A stretch of DNA of 64,000 nt, from contig NC_069002.1 of assembly GCF_001194135.2 (NCBI RefSeq), positions 28,828,110 to 28,892,109 of the forward strand, written 5' to 3'. The notes beneath the pieces were generated by a model, which made no database searches, had not been told where the DNA came from, and worked only from the letters and a program-made list of their open reading frames with translations. Of the stretch, positions 49,026 to 61,120 are shown one piece after another. Positions within the stretch are counted from its first letter, which is position 1. The number at the start of each line of letters is the position of its first letter. This DNA is from Octopus bimaculoides (Eukaryota). The translations under genes and the position numbers were made by a program.

Positions 49026-49821
49026 NNNNNNNNNNNNNNNNNNNNNNNNNNNNNNNNNNNNNNNNNNNNNNNNNNNNNNNNNNNNNNNNNNNNNNNNNNN
49101 NNNNNNNNNNNNNNNNNNNNNNNNNNNNNNNNNNNNNNNNNNNNNNNNNNNNNNNNNNNNNNNNNNNNNNNNNNNNNNNNNNNNNNNNNNNNNNNNNNNN
49201 NNNNNNNNNNNNNNNNNNNNNNNNNNNNNNNNNNNNNNNNNNNNNNNNNNNNNNNNNNNNNNNNNNNNNNNNNNNNNNNNNNNNNNNNNNNNNNNNNNNN
49301 NNNNNNNNNNNNNNNNNNNNNNNNNNNNNNNNNNNNNNNNNNNNNNNNNNNNNNNNNNNNNNNNNNNNNNNNNNNNNNNNNNNNNNNNNNNNNNNNNNNN
49401 NNNNNNNNNNNNNNNNNNNNNNNNNNNNNNNNNNNNNNNNNNNNNNNNNNNNNNNNNNNNNNNNNNNNNNNNNNNNNNNNNNNNNNNNNNNNNNNNNNNN
49501 NNNNNNNNNNNNNNNNNNNNNNNNNNNNNNNNNNNNNNNNNNNNNNNNNNNNNNNNNNNNNNNNNNNNNNNNNNNNNNNNNNNNNNNNNNNNNNNNNNNN
49601 NNNNNNNNNNNNNNNNNNNNNNNNNNNNNNNNNNNNNNNNNNNNNNNNNNNNNNNNNNNNNNNNNNNNNNNNNNNNNNNNNNNNNNNNNNNNNNNNNNNN
49701 NNNNNNNNNNNNNNNNNNNNNNNNNNNNNNNNNNNNNNNNNNNNNNNNNNNNNNNNNNNNNNNNNNNNNNNNNNNNNNNNNNNNNNNNNNNNNNNNNNNN
49801 NNNNNNNNNNNNNNNNNNNNN

Positions 49822-50908
49822 GTGAACCGACAAGTGACCATCGATGAGATGGCATGTTTTCTGCAAATTAGTCGCGTTTCTTATTTCTTTATTTCCTACA
49901 GGGGGCTAAACATAGAGGGGACAAACAACGACAGACAAAGGGATTAAGTCGATTACATCGACCCCAGTGCGTAACTGGTACTTAATCTATCGACCCCGAA
50001 AGGATGAAAGGCAAAGTCGACCTCGGCGGAATTTGAACTCAGAACGTAACGGCAGACGAAATACCGCTAAGCATTTCGCCCGGCATGCTAACGATTCTGC
50101 CAGCTCGCCTGCAAATTAGTCGCGTTTCTGCATACGAAATCATTTACAAGCCTCGCTTCTTCAAAGTGTATGCGAGATGGATGCCATGAAAGGTTACCGA
50201 AGTGCATAAGCACGATCGTGTGGATATTTGTGAACGCTTACCCGACCGCTACAACGATGAAGGTGATTATTTTGGAGAGAATAGTCACGCGAGAAGCGAC
50301 ATTGATCCATCATCTTGAGCCAGAATCCAAAAGGCAGAGTATGGAGTGGAAACGCCTGGAATCACCAACGAAAGAGAAATTCAGGACAATATTCCGCAAC
50401 AAACGTGATACTAAACGTTTCTTGAGACGCTAAGGGGCCTATACTAGAACATTACCTGGAAAACGGGTTTACGGTGAAATACTCGCCAACGAACTGAAAT
50501 CACCAGTTCACACCAAACGCCAATGTCTATTGTTAAAGCAAGCGTTATCGTTGCACGACAATGCACGCCCACATACGACCGCCCACACCGTTGAAACCGT
50601 TGAAAAATTGTGTTTCGAGTTTATAGTCCAGATCTCGTCCCTCCCGACTATTACATATTTTGACCGATCAGACATCCTTTCCGAGGTCGTCAATTTGCTA
50701 CGGAGTGAGAAGCGAAGGAAGTCGTGTAAAAATAGCTGCACGACTAACCAAAGACCTTCTTCTAACACGGTATAAGTAAGCTTGTGGACTACTGGACGAC
50801 GTACATTGAAAAGCAAGAAGACTACGTCGAAATAATGTAATAGCTCAACACCTGCTTTTGTTTTCATAAATTATAGCAACAAGAGTGCGAACAATTTTTG
50901 ATTTACAC
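49822..50908 (+). mobile_element. Mariner transposase remnant interrupted by a SINE
   Basis: NRQVTIDEMACFLQIS...KVYARWMP (WVP motif), LERIVTREATLIHHLEPESKRQSMEW, LHDNARPHT and YIEKQEDYVEK*. Confidence 0.85.
49882..50108 (-). mobile_element. Young SINE A with an alternative 3' tail and a 21-bp TSD
   Basis: The perfect direct repeat ctgcaaattagtcgcgtttct lies at 49861-49881 and 50109-50129. Confidence 0.92.
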
Positions 50909-51290
50909 ACACAGATAGATAGATAGATAGATATAACATACACACACACATATGTGTTGTTTATGAATATATTTATATACTTGTATATTTGGTTGGAAAG
51001 ACGCTATGTCGATCTTCAAGATGGGAAAGGAAACAACGCTTCTTTGGTCGTAATTGATATATTTAATCAAGATAATAATCCCTTCGTTATTAATAACATA
51101 ATCCCATCTATTCGGCAAACTGTTGATCCCTCAGGCATAAAATTCTTCAGGTTTCGAAGCAAAGAAACATTCAATAATCATATTTAACCACTTCACAATT
51201 ACTGAACCGTGTTCCATACAAATAATGTCTTATCAGAATCATGAAAACAACCTTGCTGAAGCCTTTATAAGAACCAAAAAGAATTCAAGG

Positions 51291-51410
51291 TGAAGAGCGT
51301 AGGCTCGAAACATTAAAGACGTTCTCTATTCCCGAGCGTTATACTAATACATCCATTTGCTGTTTTCACCGCCTGTCTTCGTCTGTTGTTTTTTCGTGAA
51401 TTCTCCTACA
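51291..51410 (+). mobile_element. Second copy of the 5073-5250 hammerhead-bearing unit, 5'-truncated inside the core
   Basis: tgaagagcgtaggctcgaaacattaaagac...cccgagcgttatactaatacatcc...cctgtcttcgtctgttg aligns with 5132-5250. Confidence 0.7.
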
Positions 51411-51413
51411 TAC

Positions 51414-51488
<75 letters not shown>

Positions 51489-51718
51489 ACTAGCGCGCTA
51501 AAAACCGTAAATACATCAATTTCACTTTTTCTGCTGCTCCTAAAGAGAATGTAGGTTTGCCTTTCTGAACCACGAGTTTCTTAATTGTTAAAAATTGTTG
51601 ATTTCTTACCCTTTTTTACTGCTGTCGGTGTTCTTTTCGACATACTACCTGCGTAAGCAGGGTTGCGTGATTTTGTTTTTTACCCTGTTAAGGGGCGAGT
51701 TTTTTTTATTTTTTACAC

Positions 51719-53140
51719 ATGGATACCGAGCAAGAAAACAAGATGCAGAAGGACGAGCTATATCAGAAAACGTTCCCCTCCCTCCCAGGTTGTATAGCGA
51801 GGGAAAGGGAGAATATGAACGAACAAGAAATGCAAAAAGAAGCCAACTTGGAAAATAATAACAACGCTAACTTTGCATCTGTGGCCGGTGTTACCAGTGA
51901 AATTGTGCAGGTCGGCCTGGACGTTCTGGAAAAATATATGTGTTTAAGCAAAAAGGAAGGAACAAACGTAAAACTGAACCCGCCTGGAGATGTAATTCAC
52001 AATACGAAGAGACAAACAATTGTATACAAAACTTGGTCTCTTAAAAAAAAAAAAAAGATTGATAAAGCTACTAAGGAGTCTGTCGGAAAATGCCTACAGC
52101 CAATATGGAATAAAATAACGAACATAAACAGAGGAAAGCGCTACGGAACTATCGAAGTAAGATTTCGCTTCTGAAGATGAAGCCAAGAAGCATTCAACGC
52201 CTCCGCTAAATTCAAATGAATTAGTGCTGCTGCCAACATATTTAGGCAAGAGAAGGTTAAAAGTAAAAATAGATAAGATTCCGCCGGAAATCGACGTGGC
52301 ATGGCTGGTGGCAGCTATATTACTATATTTGGAGGATAAAATTACCATCCTTCAAGCCTCCAAGCTGCGTCAGCAGAACTGATGGGGCCAGGGCCTAGAA
52401 CTCGTAATTCAGGCCACTCAGCAAGATTTTGAGGATCTGCCAGACCAAATTTTCCTGCCAGACGAAACTACTCTAAAAGTATTAGTGGAGGGGCGAAGGT
52501 CAAGTTGCTACCTGTGCGGCTTGAAAGGACATATTTAAACTGAATGCACCAACAGAATCCCCTACAGACAGTGATCCCTCACAAACTGAAAAAGCCACAG
52601 GTACCCCAAAAGAGACGTCCAATACTGTAATAACACAACACACATCAATAATAGTGCGAGAAGAGACAAGATAACCAAAAATTGACGCATCTGAGAAAGC
52701 AACTTCAACCACGTCTGAAGAAGTAGAGAATGAATGGAAGGAGGTTAAAAAAGACGCAAGAGGATGAACAACTCCACTGCACACTCTACCACACAAAGTA
52801 CCGAAACACCCACATGCACACCCCACACACATAAAACTCAAAGGCCCAACTCGCTACCTGCTGATACGATTATCATAACCGCATTTAATACGGACAACAC
52901 TTAGTACAAATGATAAGCAAAAATGAAAATATATCCCCATATGAAGCCCCAACGCTCCCGAACATACCAGAACATACCAGAACATATAAAATTTATATGC
53001 ATAGACAGCATGTCATACATAGATTTAAAAGAAAAGCATCCAAATGACGTAGGTTCATTACAAAGAACGTTTACGAAACATCTCTATACTTATTTCAAAT
53101 ACCCGACAAGTCACAGCACCCAGAAAAATCCTCCCTAGCT
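51719..53140 (+). mobile_element. Gag/ORF1-like zinc-knuckle element (L1/Tx1-type ORF1), pseudogenised
   Basis: ORF 51719..52174 continues after a frameshift as SEDEAKKH...LLPTYLGKRRLKVKIDKIPPEID...VLVEGRRSSCYLCGLKGHI*TEC (CCHC at 52506-52547), then a low-complexity S/T/E/K region and NEWKEV. Confidence 0.7.
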
Positions 53141-53398
53141 AAAACGTACACCACTGATGCACATCTTCTTCGGAAAAATAGCTTTGAACTCAGAAACTGT
53201 CATTTGTAACTATTTTCCTATGAATAAGGTCAGATTATCTTTTACGTTTTGAATCCTATCTTAATGCTTCAATTGTACTTAAACGAGTGATGAATTATGA
53301 AGAAGAAAAAAAGCCCTGGCTAAAATGTTTTCTAAGAGGAGGATATTGTGGACTAGAAGGCTTGATGGGGATTGGGCCAATATTTATTTTTATACTAA

Positions 53399-53565
53399 AT
53401 GGACGACCTAAATATAACAATATGTTCAGTTAACTGTTGGGGCCTTAACGACAATAAAAAAAGAAAGGATGTTTTGCATTTTCTGAGAGCGAAAAAATAT
53501 AAAATGTACCTATTGCAAGACACTCAATTTTTAAAAGAAAAACAAGCTCTCATTAGAAGTGTTAG
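53399..53565 (+). mobile_element. N-terminal fragment of an L1/Tx1-type APE endonuclease (ORF2 start)
   Basis: MDDLNITICSVNCWGLNDNKKRKDVLHFLRAKKYKMYLLQDTQ matches the APE motif I-II pattern (S.N..GL...KR...LQET). Confidence 0.7.
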
Positions 53566-53599
53566 TTTTTCAGATAATTTCATGTTTACTCCTTTGGCT

Positions 53600-54523
53600 A
53601 AAACACAAGCATAAGAAGTGGGAGGAGAGGTTTGTAATATTTTGTGTGCCTGTGCGTCTTTTTTTCTTTTTTGAATCGGTGGGAAAGGGTGGGTTTGGAG
53701 GCGGAGGTTGAGAAGGTATGGGTGAGATGGGTACGGGTTGGGGTTCACATTGACATTCCTTCTTCCACTTCCTTCTCCCTCCAGCGACCTTCCACGTTTC
53801 ATCCTCGTTCGTTTTTACCCTTTTTCCACCCTCCCCGGCTCCTTCTCGCCTTCCTCCTGAGCTTCTTTGTTGTTTTTAAGAGGGCAGTCCGCTCTAATGT
53901 GGCCCTTTTGGCCACATTTATAGCAACGAGGGATTCTGCCCTCTACCCACACTCTCAACACCGTTTCTCCCACTGTCACCGTTTCCGCCATCTTTTCCAA
54001 ACGTTCCACCGTTCTTTGTATAATGATGTCTAGTATCTTTCCATTTGGGATCAATTCTAGGTGAGATCCTGCCCACCCTGATCCTGGTAACATGTTTACC
54101 CAAGTAAGTGGGCAGGAGTGTCCATTTTTCCCCACGTAGAACCTCAGTGGAGTGTCTTCTTGCTTCCTCTTCAGAGACAAAGATAACCGCCAGAGGCGTA
54201 TCTTCTTCCTCAAGTATAAAACGTTATACTTTCCTTCAACTTTTCCAGACATTCGTCCATCTCCTCCTGCGTCTTACTTTGTTTTGAAAACGTTCTGTAA
54301 ATTATCACTTTGCTTTCCATCTTCATCTTGTCTTCCGCTGGGATGAGGGGCTCAACTTTGTGTTCGACCGCTCCTTCTTTACCATATCTTGAAATTTCTT
54401 AAGCAGGTCTAAATTACAATACAGTTCATTCTGTTCCAGCATGCCATGAAGGAAAGAGGGCAATATTGCTTCACATTCAGGCAGCCTTGAATAAGGATCA
54501 GGACCGAACGTCTTCCAGCGCAC
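53600..54523 (-). mobile_element. Second gag/ORF1-like zinc-knuckle element, convergent with the first
   Basis: ORF 53815..54252 contains VRVWVEGRIPRCYKCGQKGHIRADC (CCHC at 53884-53925). After a frameshift come ETWKVAGGRRK and a Pro-rich tract. Confidence 0.7.
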
Positions 54524-55449
54524 ATCTAAATATTTATTGAAAAACTTTAAGTCTAAATCTTATACACAGCTGCTGATATAGAAGAGGAGGACTGCAAATC
54601 AACGAACACAATCTATCAACCCATTCCGCCGTCAAAATTACACGGTCGAACAAATTTCTCTAATCACTGAGTATTTGGGTACAGATTAATATTTCGCATT
54701 ATCCATTTCTCTCAAGAATTGAACCTACACCCTTATAACAATGAGCCAAATATCTTTAACCGCTTAACCACGTGCTTTCACAACAAATTTAACAGTATTT
54801 ACATTTATAAACACACGTAGATTAATTTCCGTTTCTTCATACTATTCTCCATATGAATCTTTATCACCATTCCCGCCACCGAAATTATCTTGAACACACT
54901 ATACTTCAATAACCCAATCATTCTCTCCCTTCATTAACCCTTAAAGCGCAAAATTCAATTTCATGGTTATTCCAATAATTATATCTGCCAAAAATTGAAT
55001 TGGTATTTTTTGAAAGTCACTCTAGCCTCATTAAACTTGACATATCTCAACACAAAATAGTTTCAAACATGACATTCCGCAACACAATATAGACTGGTAC
55101 AGAAAACAGTTTTCTGCAGGTAAGAGTAATGAAATTTTGAGTGAATATATCCAGTTTCCACCGTAAAAGTGTTAACCTTGATGGTTAAAGTAGAAAATGG
55201 TCAAAGGTATGGAATTAATAAAAGACCTCGGAGAAAACTGTTTTGAGTGACTTGTGTCATTTTAAGATCATGTGATATAGAAACATGAGGTACTAATCTA
55301 TATAGTACGTTTGCATGTAATAAAATTTTCTGTTCATTACTTTATTTTACGATGTTCCTGAAGATCGAATTAAAGAGCAGTTTGACCTGTTTGACATTTG
55401 TTTAACTTCACTGATCGCTGCATCTTACTCTGTAATTAGCACGAACTCA

Positions 55450-55599
55450 CGTGTGCACACGCATGCGCTCAATCGCACATACGTTCATGCATACATGCAA
55501 CGCAAACAGGTTTCTCCGTATGAGAACACGCATTATATTCGAGGTGGTACTGAAATATACACTCACTCACAATTACACATACATACATACATGTACATG

Positions 55600-55648
<49 letters not shown>

Positions 55649-56220
55649 GCACCTAATCACTAGTACATTCATGCATGCATGGGTACATATATACATACAT
55701 ATGCAAACATGTACACCAACCTGAGTACATGTATCTACCTATATACACACATACACATACATACACATATATATGTATATATATGCACAGGCAGACACAT
55801 GTAATTCAGAAACTTCACACATACACACTAAAGCGTGTATATATTCACAACAATGAACGCCATTGAAAACATAAATAAATACTTACATGCATATATGTGC
55901 GTTTGTGTGTGTATGTGTGTGTGTAAATATGTATGTATGTATGTATTTATAATGTATGTATTTGCATACATACATGCATGTATGTATATATTTACATACA
56001 TACATGCATGTATGGAAGATAATGCGAAACGTATGAAGATAACATGCATACACATACGCACACATACTCAAAGCTCCACAAACAAGAAGCCTTATATGGA
56101 AACATAAAATGTATAGAATATAATGCATATATTCACATGTACACACATGCATGTATAGAGTACGTACAAAAAATACAATGCAGATACATATGCATACAGA
56201 CACGCGCACTTACATAATGC
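55450..56220. repeat. Compound (CA)/(TA)/(TATG) microsatellite field
   Basis: Directly visible. Confidence 0.9.
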
Positions 56221-56294
56221 ACTCTATCTTCCAACACACAGCTCATTATTTTCCGTCAGTTGTTGACAACTCAGTATAAGTTTTATTATCATCA

Positions 56295-56326
<32 letters not shown>

Positions 56327-56769
56327 TTTATTTTTATTGAAACAGTAAAGATTAATTGGGAATAATATTGAAGCAGTGAAGCCAAAGATATAACCAGAAA
56401 AAAAAAGAATGGTGGAAATTAACTGGTGCTGGAACATACTAAGTTGATAAATAGCTCCCCGTGTCGAAGTTTAAAATCCCTAAAGCAATATTAAGCACTC
56501 GCAAGCAAACGAGAAACAATTAAACTGTCAAGACACGTCTAATTTCTAAACCATCAACCATCTATTTAAATAATATAAAATAAAATAAGAAAATGGCAAC
56601 ATTTTTATGAATCGAAAAGCAAAATCTACTTCAAATGACTCAGCAACTCTCAGCCAACCATTAGCGATTTTCGCCAACTCTGGAGATTATGGAAGAATCT
56701 TTTCACATGTTAATAATAATAATAATAATAATAATATCATCGTCATTATTATTATAACTACTACTGCTT

Positions 56770-56975
56770 AAGGCTATTCAGAACCGTTACCGTAGCGGAT
56801 AAAATGTCTTGCGGTAATTTTTCCGGCTTTACGTTCTGAAAAGTTCCACCGAGTTCGACTTGATCAGTCATATCTTTCAGGGTCGATATAATAAGTACCA
56901 GTTGAGCACTGCGGTTGACATAATCGACTTACACCTCCCCCGAACTTGCTGGCCATGTGACAAAATTTGAAACCC
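56770..56975 (+). mobile_element. Diverged SINE family A
   Basis: ctttacgttctgaaaagttccaccgagttcgac...gggtcgatataataagtaccagttgagcactg, followed by (ATT)n. Confidence 0.7.
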
Positions 56976-57001
56976 ATTATGATCATTATTATTATTATTG
57001 C

Positions 57002-57037
<36 letters not shown>

Positions 57038-57107
57038 CATCATCATCAGCAGCAGCATCACTATTATTATTATCATCATCATCACTATTATTATTATTAT
57101 TATTATT

Positions 57108-58036
57108 TAAGACGTCGCATAGTATCCAATATCGTAATGTTGTTGATTGAAGATAGTGTCTCCTGGGGGTTTGTACTGTGTCAAGTCAAACAAAGACCTC
57201 AAACAAACAGTACTTTACGTAATATGCGTGCAGTTCCAAGTAATGCCGATTTTTAGAATACATCTAGATTGTAGAGTATTTCTAAAGTTCCCAGATGTTT
57301 TTTTTTCTAGGTTGGGTCGTATTGAACCCAATGCTCCGATGACAATAGGGACAACCTTTATGTTTGACTCTCATAGCTGCCACGTCTTGGCGATCTCAAT
57401 TCTCAGGTCTCCATATTTATCAATATTTTCTCTTCCTTTCGTGATGATATGTTGATCTCCTGGCATTGCAACGTCGATTATAAGGCACTCTTGCTTGTCC
57501 CTCCCAAAGGTTACTATATCTGGCCTTTGGTGCTCTAACACCTTGTCTGTCTGGAAGTCAAAGTCTCAGAAGATTTTTGCCTTCCCCTTTTCGTCCATTA
57601 CCTTTTCCGATGTACGTTGGTACCAAGGACCCTTTACTACGTATCCATGCTTCCGGCATAGTAGCCAGAAAGGTTTTGGGATACCTTGTGTCTGCGCTTG
57701 TAATCTTTCTGCGCAAGACTTTCACAAATACTAACAATGTGAGTCACGCTTTCGACCCCCTTCCCACACATTCTGCAAAGGTTCGTTGCACTTGTGTGGT
57801 ATACATCCCTTTTCACTGAGTTGGTATTCAATGCCTGATCCTGGGCAGCGATGATTAGGCTTTCAGTCTTCTTTTTTCGGCCACTCTTGTTGAGCCCCCC
57901 CCCCACCTCCCTGATGCTTCCTGGTCTTTTAATTTGTTAGTTTCACGGTAGAACTGAACATGTAATTCCATGCGGAGTAGGGTTTCTTCTCTCTCGTTGG
58001 CTATTCGTGATCGGAATTCATAAGCACTCTCAAGTC
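57108..58036 (-). mobile_element. R4/Dong-clade non-LTR element, 5'-truncated (knuckle, REL domain and 3' UTR)
   Basis: LHVQFYRE, TESLIIAAQDQALNTNS, CRMCGKGVESVTHIVSIC, HQRPDIV, IIDVAMPGD, VVPIVIGALG and LLGTAHILRKVL*. Both ends abut (TAA)n. Confidence 0.88.
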
Positions 58037-58289
58037 CATTATTATTATTATTATTACTATTATTATTATTTTCATTAGCATCTTCTTTCAATTCCGTTTC
58101 CATTTCTTGCCGAGTGTCTTCCTGATACCTTGGGCAGAGAAACATACTGTATACATTGGTAGGCCATTAAAATAAACACACCAGATTGTTCATTTACAAA
58201 GTCATGTGATAGAGAAAAAGGGGAAGACAGAGACAAAAATAAAAAATTAAATTAAAAAGTAAACTAATAAAGGGTGAAGAAGGGAAGAA

Positions 58290-59962
58290 AATTCACAGCG
58301 ACAATGCTCTTCTCAATGTGTGTGACCAGTTGCCAGTTAAGACAATCTTTTGCACTTTCTACAAGGATGGTAATCCAGGGATCATTCTTAAATAATTTTC
58401 AGCTCCTTTTTTTTAATCATTCCAATCACTCCTACAATCACTGGTATTGTAACCGTCTTAAGATGCCACATCTTTTCGATTAGCAAATCTTTATATTTTC
58501 TGAGCTTATCAAATTCTTTTGCCGAGATATTATGGTCACAGAGTATGCTCCTCATGTCAATCAATAAACAGACTATTGTTTTGGTCTTTCACAACAATAT
58601 CAGGTTCATTTGCTTTGATGATCTGGTCTGTACATACTGGGAAGCCCCAAAGAATAGTTACATTTTCTCCCTCAGTTACAGCCTCTGAGAGGTGCTTGTA
58701 CCAGTTGTCAGCAGTTTTGACTTTATCCAATGTAGATATTGGCCAATTCTTTCATATCTTGATTTGTACTCTACAGGTGCTAAAACCTTACATCCAGAGA
58801 TTAGGTGGTCCACTGTTTCTATCCCATTGTTGCAGTATCGTCACTTTGGGTTTACCATTTTTCATCACATTGGCTTGATAGTTCCGAGTCAATAAGCTCT
58901 GATCTTGGGCAGTCAAGATAAAGCATCCAATATCGGCCTTTAGCCCCGAGCTCCGTAGTCACTGATGAGTGTGCTTCTAATCTACATCAGCTTGTTTGCA
59001 ACGGGCCACATATTTGCCAGGCAGAGGTTTTTGTTCCCACCTAACAGCCAACTGTTCAAACACTTTGCTATCCTTCATAACAGAAGTCTTTCATGGTTAT
59101 CAACGGGCCTTAGCATTCAGTCGTTAGATGTTTCATGATATTTTGCCAGCCCAGTTGAGGTGGTTTTGTAGATTTCAAATTGGATCAAGCCTCGACCTCC
59201 TTAATCTCTGGGTAGGTAAAGATGATCTGCATCTGCCTTTGGGTGGAACATCTTATTGCAAGTTGGCAGCTTACGGATTTTCTTGTCAATCTTCCTTATT
59301 TCGCTCATATTCCAGTTCAACACATTGAAACTGTAAATAACAACTGGAACTGCTAAGGAATCCATGGCTAACACCTTGTTACGTGCATTTAACTCAGATT
59401 TTAGGACTGCTCGAACTCTTCTGTAACACTCCTTCCTGATCTTTTTCATACTTGCATTGCTGAATGCCAGAGCCCTCATTTATTCTGCGATATTTTTAAG
59501 TTTGTTCCTGCTCGAATTCTTTTATGATTGTGTCAACATCCAACACCACTGAATGTGAGGTCTTCAGTTTCCCTTTCTGGAAAGTGGCCTTGGTACATTT
59601 ATCAAGGCCAAATTCCATCCCAGTCTCATCACTGAATGCTTTCACGATATGTAGTTGTCCTTCGAACTCATTATCGTCTTTGCCATAGAGTTTTAAGTCA
59701 TCCATATAAAATAGATAACTTATTTTCTTGTCGCCAATTTTATATCCATACCTTGTTCTGTTGAGTTCATTTGTAAGTGGTATTAGAGCTATGCTGAAAA
59801 TTAAAAGTGAGTCACCTTGGAAAATGCCACGGTTGATATTAATATTTTTTGTGGTCAGTACCCCATTAGAGTGGTATGACTGGAGATTCGTATTTCATAT
59901 TCAGGAAGTTTGAAATCACAGAAGATTTCAAGATCCATGAATGTGGTATGCTGTCGAAGGCT
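58290..59962 (-). mobile_element. Second, distinct R4/Dong-clade non-LTR element (RT through REL), degraded
   Basis: KAFDSIPHSWIL, RGIFQGDS, YLFYMDDLKLY (YMDD), GMEFGLDKC, LNARNKVLAMDSLAVPV, AAQDQSL and TIPVIVGVIGMIKKG. Confidence 0.88.
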
Positions 59963-59987
59963 TTTATTATTATCATTATTATTATTA

Positions 59988-61120
59988 TTGGGTTAGCAAC
60001 TAAGTTCCTGCCGTTTTTTTTAATTTTGGAATTTATTGCGTTTTTAAATTTTGGAATCTATTTNNNNNNNNNNNNNNNNNNNNNNNNNNNNNNNNNNNNN
60101 NNNNNNNNNNNNNNNNNNNNNNNNNNNNNNNNNNNNNNNNNNNNNNNNNNNNNNNNNNNNNNNNNNNNNNNNNNNNNNNNNNNNNNNNNNNNNNNNNNNN
60201 NNNNNNNNNNNNNNNNNNNNNNNNNNNNNNNNNNNNNNNNNNNNNNNNNNNNNNNNNNNNNNNNNNNNNNNNNNNNNNNNNNNNNNNNNNNNNNNNNNNN
60301 NNNNNNNNNNNNNNNNNNNNNNNNNNNNNNNNNNNNNNNNNNNNNNNNNNNNNNNNNNNNNNNNNNNCTTTAAGTGACAACAACAAATATCAACGAGCCA
60401 CAATCTCCGCTGGTTTGCTTCCTCGTCACCGCTCAACTCATGGACACAAGCAACGATTTCTTTAGCGAATCGTTACTGGCGACGAAAAATGGTGCCTGTA
60501 CATTAATATGAAGCAGCGTAAGGAATAGTTTAGCCCCGGTAAACAAGCGACACTGCGCGTGAAACAAGATCTTCATTCGTGTAAAACGATGTTGTGTGTA
60601 TGGTGGGACTGGGAAGGGATTATCCATTACGAATTGCTTGAACGGAACCAAACGGTCAACGCGGAACTCTATGTTCAACAGGTGGAACGACTCAATACGG
60701 CTATTCAAGAGAAAAGGCCTAATCGTCAGCATGGAGTTCTTCTGCTGCACGACAACGCCCGCCCTCATTTTGCCAATATGACTAAGGAAGACATTCAAAT
60801 GCATGGCTGAGAAGTGCTGCCACACCTGCCGTACTCTACTGATTTGGCACCAACGGATTTCCACCTCTTTCGATCTCTTTCAAATGCTATGCGCGGAGTT
60901 TCGTTCAATACTGATGCAGAATTAAGAGCTTGGTTGGATCAATTTTTCGAGTCGAAATCGGGTGATTTCTACCAACGAGGTATTGAAAATCTTGTTGAAC
61001 GTTGGGAAGAAGTTGTAAACAACATGGGTGAATACATTATTGATTAATTAGTTGTTTTCTTATTAAACCTTTTAAAAAAATTAAATTTAAAAAACGGCGG
61101 GAACTTAGTTGCCAACCCAA
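59988..61120 (+). mobile_element. Mariner (DD34D) element with both TIRs and TA target duplication, internal gap
   Basis: TIRs ttgggttagcaactaagttcctgccgtttt (59988) and aaaacggcgggaacttagttgccaacccaa (61091-61120), with TA on both sides. The transposase has VTGDEKW, KTMLCVWWDWEG, LLHDNARPH-x-YSTDLAPTD with D-x34-D spacing, and one in-frame stop between the last two Asp residues. Confidence 0.93.

Noticed and set aside
48879-49947. Long ORFs containing X runs (also near 11.6, 21.5, 24.8, 37.7, 43.3 and 60 kb)
   Set aside because: They are open only because N gaps contain no stops.
55085-55130. Strong splice donor tgcag|gtaaga suggesting a host exon
   Set aside because: No convincing upstream acceptor with an open frame. 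A small host exon cannot be excluded without RNA-seq.
54930-55180. Possible TTAA-flanked piggyBac-like MITE
   Set aside because: The terminal complementarity (ttaaccct versus agtgttaa) is too short.
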